This document shows, piece after piece, positions 56,201 through 64,000 of a stretch of DNA of 64,000 nucleotides. The translations under genes and the position numbers were made by a program. The DNA is from Lama guanicoe. Taxonomy: Eukaryota. Location: contig MU053559.1 of assembly GCA_013239625.1 (NCBI GenBank), forward strand, positions 3,722,607-3,786,606, read 5' to 3'. Position 1 is the stretch's first letter. Each line of letters begins with the position of its first letter. The notes beneath the pieces were generated by a model. That model saw nothing but the letters and a program-made list of their open reading frames with translations. It did not search any database and was not told the DNA's origin.

Positions 56201-58139
56201 TGCAGTTCTAATCAGTCATATTTTAAATGAGAAGTAACTGTCATGAAATCTATCTCATACACGCAAGTGTAGTCATCAAACCGGCGCTGATTGGATGTCC
56301 ACAATCTTGCAAGCCCCTGTATGTGATATGAAACTACAATATTACATCAGTCTTTTTGGGTACACCTGCATCCAAATACTGGTAAGATTTGTCATAGGTA
56401 AAATACATATATGTCACACCTGCACAAAGATTGTATGACCTAATATTTGTCAATAACAGGCTTCCACATTTCTTTTTCTCAATTATTGATCTCTGTGATC
56501 TAATTATACTATAGTTATACTATACTTGTATAATTATACTATACTTAGAGTGATTGTTAAGTATATTTTTCACATTAGCTGAGGATCATGTCTAGATTCA
56601 TGTCAATTGGCATTGGCCAAATGCTAAAACTGACCACCAAATATTAGATAAACCCCAAAGCTCATTCAACCACGAAGATATCAAAACATCAGAACCCAAA
56701 TAAATGCAACTTTTGTATTCTTCGTTCACCCAAAAAAGTTAATAAATGAGTCCTAGCTTATTTTTGAGAAAGAAATGAGGGCAAAGAAGTGTCCTGAAAG
56801 GCAGAAAATTAATGTTCAGCCTGCAGTGAACCTCAGAGTATCTAAATAACCAAGGCACTGAAACTAAGTGGCATAATTTTTAATGTAAGCTTTTCTTTAT
56901 CGCTACAAAACCATAACAGTATGTGCTGCCAAGTTCTGGGTTAAAATGCCTACAACGCTTCTAGCAGAAATGATTCTTCAGGGTGATGTATTTCAGCAAA
57001 AAGGGAAATTGTGGCATGCTGTGGACTCAACTGGCAGAATTCTGAATATTAGTCTTCTTGCAAAATGGCTTTTCTGTTTCGGATGATGAGAAAGATTCAG
57101 TCCCTGCTATTCTCACATAGCATAGCGTTCTGGGTGGCTAGGGATCTCAGTTCTTTTAGTGGAGCTCAACTCGTGGATAAAAACACAGGGGGAGTATTAT
57201 TTGGAAATATCTCTTTCTACTTGATACTTGGAATTTAATCTCAAAACACATGGAAAAACTGTAACCGTCCAGTGTTCTGATAAAAGTATTGTCACTGTGC
57301 CCTGGCTAACTGTTGGGCAGAAGTGACACACTGGGGTTATCCCAGTAACAACCAGGATCACATCGACAGAGGTACACTAGGCAGCTATTTCCCTTCCCTG
57401 GAACTCTTGTCATGGGTTTAAATTCAACACTGCTCATGTAAGGCTTAGGGCCTCCTGACTCCATACCTGTGCTTCTCCAGTCTCTCCTGCTTTGTTTGTC
57501 TTTTTTCCATCTTCTTATCTTCCTGTTAAAATCCTACTTATCTCTCAAGGTCCCAGAATTTCATTCAGATTCATGATATTAACATTTCTCTCATTGTATG
57601 AATGTCAATTATTTTCTCCCTTGATTACTTCTTGCAAGAGGATGGGGCACCTTGTGGGCAGGGACACTACTTCCTCCTCTTCATATACCTCTTTCCTGGT
57701 GATCTGGCTACTGCCTGGCATATGGTAGAAGCTCCCAAAATGCTTGAATGAGTCCAGGCACCAGAGCCACCTCTGCACATAATGAGATGCTTTGAGGGGT
57801 ACAGCATTCCTTTTCCCTAGATGTGTTCAAAGCTACAACCAGATAATTACTCAGGAGATGCTGTCGAGAAGATTAAAGTCTTAGGTGATTGGACTAGACT
57901 GCCATTCAAAAAGTTCTTTGGCCCAAAGACTCTGAAGGATGCATTGTCCCCTGGAGTTGGGCTTTTTTTCCCTGTTTTCCTTTTTCTCTCTCCCTAAAGA
58001 GAGTCAATTCAGAAATTCTCAGGGGCAGATTTTAAAATCTTCCGCCACTGGGTTTCTGTCATTTGTTGTCTGTGTCAGCTCGTGAGTAAGAACTAACATG
58101 TCAAGTCAGCAACTGAACTGCCATACTTAAAATAACATC

Positions 58140-59230
58140 AAGAAACAGAGACAGAAGATAAGTTCAAATTGTCAGATATAGATTATAAGCTCTACAGGAG
58201 AGAAAAATCAAGCAGAGCCAGAATGATCAAGGAGAACAGATTTAATCAGGTATTGAAGAAAGGATAGGCTGGAAATGTTCAGAGAAGCACTTCCGTGTTA
58301 AGGAAAAAACTAAAACAGGGAAGGAATAGAGGGACAAAATAAACATGGTGTAGCACTGAGGACAAGAGAGCAGTGTGACTACAGCCATGTTGGGGATGGT
58401 AGGAAATGCTGCTTGTCCAACAAAGGGGATGCTAGATAAGTGGGGTGTGGAGAGGGGAGCTTAAGAAGCGGACAATAAATCATTGAACGTCCTGAACAGA
58501 ACAAGGTGATAAAAGAAGTGTTTAAAAAAATCAAATCTGGGAGAACACTGCAGGATGGACATGAAGGGAGAGCCCAAAGTGAAGGGTGGCCACTGGGAAG
58601 ATGGTCATAACCTGGTGAGCTGAAGGGGCTAAGAGTCTGTCCTGGGGATGGGGGAAGAGTTACTGGGAAAGAAAGAGAGGAACAGCCCAAAGAAGGAGTT
58701 AGAAGGATCTGCTGACTGGGTGTAGAAGATAAAACAAAAGGATGTGTCCAAAATGATGGAAAGGATGGTGGTGCCAAGAACAGAGTCAATGAAATGAGGA
58801 AGAGAAGCTGGGTTGGAGGGCAAGGAGGCTTTTGGACTTGTTGAATATGAAGTAAGAACAAGACTTTCAAGCGTGAAATATGCAAGAGCAGATAAGCTAT
58901 AGGACAGGAGTCCAGAGAAAGTGAAGGACTCAAACTAGAGATTTGAGAGCTCTCTGTAGATGAGGAAAAGTTGACATCTTGGAAGAAGAGAGGGAGAGAG
59001 TGCATATGAGCCCCAAAGTGATGAAGAGCTGAACCTCGAGGCCTTTTCAAAACTAGAAGAATGGGCACAAGAATATGGGCACAATGACAGGAACAGAAAA
59101 AGGAGCAATTGGTGTGGGATAAAAATTCAGGATCCAATAGGGTCGCAGGAAGCATGAAAGAAGTTTCAAAAAGGACTTGATGACAGATGATGGATGATGG
59201 ATAAGAGCCACAGCATGTTGAAGATACCAC
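58140..59230. mobile_element. L2 LINE remnant
   Basis: Purine-rich, decayed L2-like sequence; accounts for the spurious 283-aa minus-strand ORF. Confidence 0.55.
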
Positions 59231-61900
59231 TGTACTACTTACAAATGAGTAGGGCTTTTTCCTTTCTCAACTACCGAGTGTCTAAGATTATTTAATTGGT
59301 GAGTGGGCAGAAAAAGGGATTTTGTGGCTGAAATACATGCTCTGTTTTATGATTTTTAATTAAGATGTTGCTATTCTTTGTGCAGACAGAGATAGTTATA
59401 AAACGTTACTTTGGATTGCTTTTGAGGAACATTTAGTCAGAATTTGTAGTCTTCTGGGAGCTATTTTGTTATACAATAGGAATAATCCTGCATATACTAA
59501 GTATTGGCCATATATTTTAAGTATGTGGGTATCATATTAAAATGTGCAAGTCCTGACAAAAGTTATAAGAAATATCCAGAAGCGTTTAAAACTGATATAG
59601 GGGCTATTAAGTAACTCATGGGATACTGCTAAGCACACACAAAGATGATGTGTTTCTAAGTTCTCAAGAACCCTTAGGAAGTAATACCTCTCACCTGCTC
59701 ATGAAACGCCAGTCTGTGTGCTGGGTTTATCCTGAGCCAGACTTGCATCTACTTTTATTTTAGTTGTGAACCATCTGGCAAGACATCACAGCCAGAAAGC
59801 AAGGTTTCTGGTCAGTTTTGGTGTTCAGATCAAATCTGACTGATAAGAAATGATATTAAAGGAAGCCCAGTGTCTTCCACTGTCACTGATGAAATGGAAG
59901 CTGGGTTCTGGAATAGAAGTGTGAACTACCGTGCAAGAAATGCCCTCTTCTTCCCCCAAATGGAAATGAACAAATTAGTCATTGGTAGTGACCATAGAAA
60001 GATTCAGGTTGAGGAGCCTGAAGCTTATATAATTGGGGTGCCCTCTCTAGGAAAAAAAAGAAGGCAAAATTTCAAAGACAAGATTCAGTATGAAACTGGT
60101 TATTTAGAATGAGAACCCAGAAAGACCTGCAGTTGTAAGGTCATAAAGCATAAGCATCATCAGCTACACTGTAAATCCAGCTCTGCTCACGACCAACTAC
60201 TTGGAGTAAAGTGTAGAAAAGGAGAAAAAGAGCCAATAATCAGGCAGAGGGAAAAATGAAAGACAAAATGCCCCTTAAGGAATACTGGAGCACAGAACAA
60301 AAAAAGACAAGAATAAAAATCCCAGAAAGAACCCTGAATTGTGAAATATGGCTGGTATGGAGGTGGGAATGGAGACAGAACTCCCAATCAATTTACACGT
60401 CATCACCATATTTATTTTCCCATGATCAATAATCATGTTGCTTCTAGGAGGCTTAAACAGGTTTTTAGAAACACCAGTCCACTTTATTGCAAGCACTTAA
60501 CAAGTGTTTGTTGACTGAATGAATCAAAGTTAACCAATGAATGAAGAGGAAACAAGGGAGACACTTCTTTTTTCGTACTCTCCACCAGGATCTGCTTTCC
60601 TGATGCTCCAAAATACATGCATGTTTTTGCTGGCACTGGCTAGAGTTGTCAAAGCAACAGCTCATGCCAATCTCTTCTCTGGTGACTAAGACTGTTATCC
60701 TAAACAGGCCAAGTTAAAAGCTATCTCCACTCAAAATTAATTTGTAAGCAGTTTCTCAAAAGGATTGTACATAAAAATGGCTACTTTGGGACACCCTATT
60801 TACTCCCTCCCACCTTATTTCTCCCTCTTACTAAATCAGATCCTTCAGGTTTATTTCAGAAATTAACCTCCTCCCATGTCTTGGACAGATTAGTGTGGGA
60901 CTCTAGCTAGAGCTGAAACACAATCCCTAAATTTCAAACATTTTACCAATGATGACAACATAAGTAACAATTTAATATATCAGTCAGTATGAGATTTCCA
61001 GGAAGATTCAGAAAAACCTCATGCACCACTCAGTTGGTCAGCTACAAACTCAAACCAGGACCAGGGGAACCCAGGATTGCCAGCTGCTCATCACAGGACA
61101 AGATTCAGGCCCTTGGGGAAGGACACAAACATACCATTCCTCTGCCCCTGCTTCTCACAGAGGGATTCCATTTGAGCAACAAATGCCCTGCACTTTCCTG
61201 CAAGTTCTTAAAAAAGAAAAAAAAACCAAAAACGGCTAGAGTAGGTTAAAACTAAGAGCTCTCTCCTCCCCGCCTATTTTAAAAACCTTTTCCTAAATGA
61301 TTCTTCCTCCTTCCTGTTCAGTTACTAAATTTTCTAAGGAAAAGCGCTTTAAGAAGAGCAGGACCTGAAAAACACGATTACTACCTCAATATTACAAAAA
61401 TCCATATACTGTTGTTCTGTTTAGGGCAAAGGATGTGAAACCAAGTGAGGCAAACCAGCCACCTTGGGAATTAGGAGTGAGGGTCTTAAATGGGAGAAAA
61501 TCACTGTCACTTCCCGGCCAGGCGGTCTGACCTCTGGATTGTTACCTCAGTTTCTTGGTTTTGTAAAACAGTGACAAATATACTGCCCGCCTCACGGGAC
61601 CGCTGAGGACTGAGAAAATCCACGTAAAGTGCTAAATATAACCGTACGGCAAGAGCTCCTTAAATGTTAGTATTTAATAGTAGGAGTAAAATGATTGTTC
61701 CTGCCTCCTGCAGTTCACACCACCAGCAAAACCCGCTCAACCCCACTCTCTCCTCGCGGGATCAGGGGCCCGACCGCTGTTGCGCTCTGTCATGCACAAG
61801 GGAGACCCCCCCCCAAAACGCCACCTAGCTAGTGCAAGTCCCTCCCCCGCCCCCCGGGCCGGCCAGGGTCCCTCAGGCTACCGCTACCGTCCACACTGAC

Positions 61901-61973
61901 CTGAGATGCCGCCTCCTATCACGACTACGTCGAACACTTGGCCCGCGTTGTCAGCCTTGTCCTGATTCTCCAT
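61901..61973 (-). CDS. MAOA: MAOA exon 1, canonical coding part (MENQDKADNAGQVFDVVVIGGGISG; FAD-binding GxGxxG)
   Basis: ATG at 61973 in strong Kozak context (AGC ATG G). 73 coding nt end at the donor CAG|GTCAGT. Matches the MAO-A N-terminus. Confidence 0.97.
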
Positions 61974-63197
61974 GCTCTGGTTGAGACTCTCCCGGGGCGT
62001 GGGTACAGGAGTGGGGCTGGCCAAGGGCGGAGCGGACTTTTCTACCGACTCTCGGGGGGAGTCCGAGGGCGGAGCCGATTCTTCCACCGATACCCGGGCG
62101 GAGCCGGGCGCTGAGGGCGGAGCGGACCCTTGGACTGGTACTCTGGGGGAACCCGGGGGTGGAGCCGATCCTTCTACCGATGTTCGGGGACTACCTAACT
62201 CAGAGAGTTCGGTGGACAGTTGAGTCGACACTGGGGAGTTCATGGGCGTACGAGGTCCCTGTATCAAACTCCAGGGGCTCCTGAGCACTCGGGGCGGGGG
62301 AGGGCCTTGTATCGACGCTTGGGAGGAGTCCGACAGGACGACAGATTCTTGTCCTGAACTCCCAGGGAGGCTGAGGTCTGAGGGCGGGTAGGACCCTTGT
62401 ATCGACTCTAGGGAGGAGTCCAAGAGCCGGGGGAAGTCGGGTATTGAGAACTGGCTGGACTCTTGTACTGGCAGTCGCGGGGGGTTGTTGAGGGTAGGAG
62501 GTACTTCTACCGAACTCTGGGAGGAGATGGATAGTGAGGACGGGACGAGCCCAAGTAGTGACATTTGCGGAATATTACGGGATAGAGGAGGTGACATTAT
62601 TCTGATGGAGTCAGGCATCGAGGGCGAGATGGATTCTTGTACCGCCGCTCTGAGGAACTTTCTGGGTATAGGAGTCCCTGCTACCCGGGGGAACCCAGGT
62701 ACTGAGGATGGGCCGGACTCATGGAGGGGCAACCTGGAGGAGCCTGAGGGCGAGACAGATCCCTGTTCGGATACCCGGGGGATGCTGGTGTCCGGGTTAG
62801 AGGCTGGGACGGCCCCCTCAGAGTTGGGAGAACGGGTGACAGACATGGGGATCTGGTCGCTAAGGCGGAGGGCGCCAAAGTCCCAGAGGCCAACCTTGGT
62901 GTTCGGGTCAGTTGTCAGGTCAAAATCCGTGCTTATTTGGGCGGACGCGCTGGCGCTTTGGGAGTATGTCACGTCTGGTGTGGACTCGTTCGACAGGGAG
63001 CTGGAAAACAGTCCGGAGACGGTCCGCCACTCAGATTGCATGCTCCACTCGGGAGTGGAGGGCAAGGCCGTGCCCAAGGTGGAGGCCGGGTCCGGGATCT
63101 GGGCAGTGGTGTCCCCGGCTCTGGGTGGACGCTCGGCCTCGTGCCGTCTCTCGCCGCTGTTGTTGCTGGGGGAGGCCTCTGAGTTGTGGGCGCTCAT
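61974..63197 (-). CDS. Putative 408-aa Ser/Pro-rich N-terminal extension, in frame with MAOA exon 1
   Basis: ORF 63197->61884 has no stop. ATG 63197 is 1224 nt (408 codons) upstream of the canonical ATG. An in-frame TGA at 63249-63251 closes the frame upstream. Translation is not demonstrated. Confidence 0.5.
62020..62170 (-). promoter_or_regulatory. Proximal MAOA core promoter: tandem GC boxes (Sp1/KLF) in a 42/48-bp (90-bp) repeat
   Basis: GGGCGGAGC at 62025, 62067, 62096 and 62115; GGGTGGAGC at 62157. The human MAOA core promoter is known to have two 90-bp Sp1-site repeats. Confidence 0.8.
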
Positions 63198-63199
63198 TG

Positions 63200-63720
63200 T
63201 TCCGGAGTGCGCGCGGGCGGCGGTGCTGGGGGCAACTTTCAGCTCTCCTCAGGCCCTCCCTCTCACAGGCGCTCGCCTCTCCCGCCCAAGCTGTTCCCGA
63301 TCCGCCCTCTCGGAGACCTGCCTCGGGAGCCCCGCCCACTTTGAGGGGGCGACGCGGCGCTGAAGCGGCCTGGCCCCGCCCTTCCCGCCTGTACGCGGCG
63401 CGCGCGCGCGTTGGGGGCGCACTCCCGCCCGGTAAGGCCGGACGACGCCACCGAAGTGGGGGTGTGGCTGGATGAAGGTGTGGGCGGGGACACGTGGGGG
63501 TTTCAACCTGGTGCTTTTATTCTTACACTTTAACTAAAATAGGACTGGGCGGAGGGCGTCGGGGGTGGGTTTAGGGAAGCCGGTACTGAAGAAAGCGGAC
63601 CCGGACCGCGAACTCGCAAGGCGCCCCCCCTCACACACCTGGTCTGGCCCCTTTGTGACGTCACAAGGGGCCGGTGAGGTCTGCGCAGTCGCGCGCCCTC
63701 CTTGTGGGGGGAGGGGTGAA
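63200..63720 (-). promoter_or_regulatory. Distal CpG-island promoter-like region
   Basis: Dense CpG with several GC boxes, a (CG)n run near 63398-63410, an E-box CACGTG at 63491 and a full CRE TGACGTCA at 63656-63663. Confidence 0.7.
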
Positions 63721-64000
63721 GTGAGAAATGTCCCTAGGGGGAGGCTTGGCAGTTATTGGTTTTCTATACGGTTTTTCAAGCTGAAGTTCTTAAAATTGAA
63801 GCAAGTAGGCGAGAAAATTAAGAACTCAGCTATCACAAATTAAGTGGGACCTGCAATTTAAAAGCGAAGGTCAAAGGATGGCTAAGTTGCAGAACCAAAT
63901 TAAAAAAGATGTGTTTCCCCATCCTACTGAAAAGAGGAATATTTACTATGTATATTTTATTGTGCATCAGCCCTTGTCTTGCTAGTTTTATCCCTTCCTT

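Noticed and set aside
58379..59230. 283-aa minus-strand ORF
   Set aside because: Ser/Leu/Pro/Phe-rich translation of a pyrimidine-rich L2 remnant with a GTG start; no gene structure.
62485..63475. Long + strand ORFs (292 aa and 187 aa) antisense to the extension
   Set aside because: Non-ATG starts, no recognisable homology and GC-rich sequence; likely shadow ORFs. They do show that stop codons are rare here, which is a caveat for the main finding.

Overview
Mammalian genomic DNA, probably camelid (tRNA-derived SINEs resembling Vic-1). The window holds the 5' part of monoamine oxidase A (MAOA) on the minus strand. Exons 1-10 were located by hand, each with GT-AG boundaries and a continuous frame; exons 11 onward lie left of position 1. 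The introns contain L1, L2, SINE, LTR and DNA-transposon remnants, an RPL35A processed pseudogene and a ~4.4-kb degenerate ~60-65-bp minisatellite. The main observation is that the 1.2-kb region upstream of the canonical MAOA ATG, normally read as promoter, is one unbroken reading frame in frame with exon 1. It could add a 408-aa Ser/Pro-rich, repeat-built N-terminal extension, starting at the first ATG downstream of a separate distal CpG-island promoter. The GC-box repeats of the proximal promoter have codon-multiple spacings, and the start of this ORF appears to correspond to the site of the human MAOA-uVNTR. Translation of the extension is inferred, not shown.
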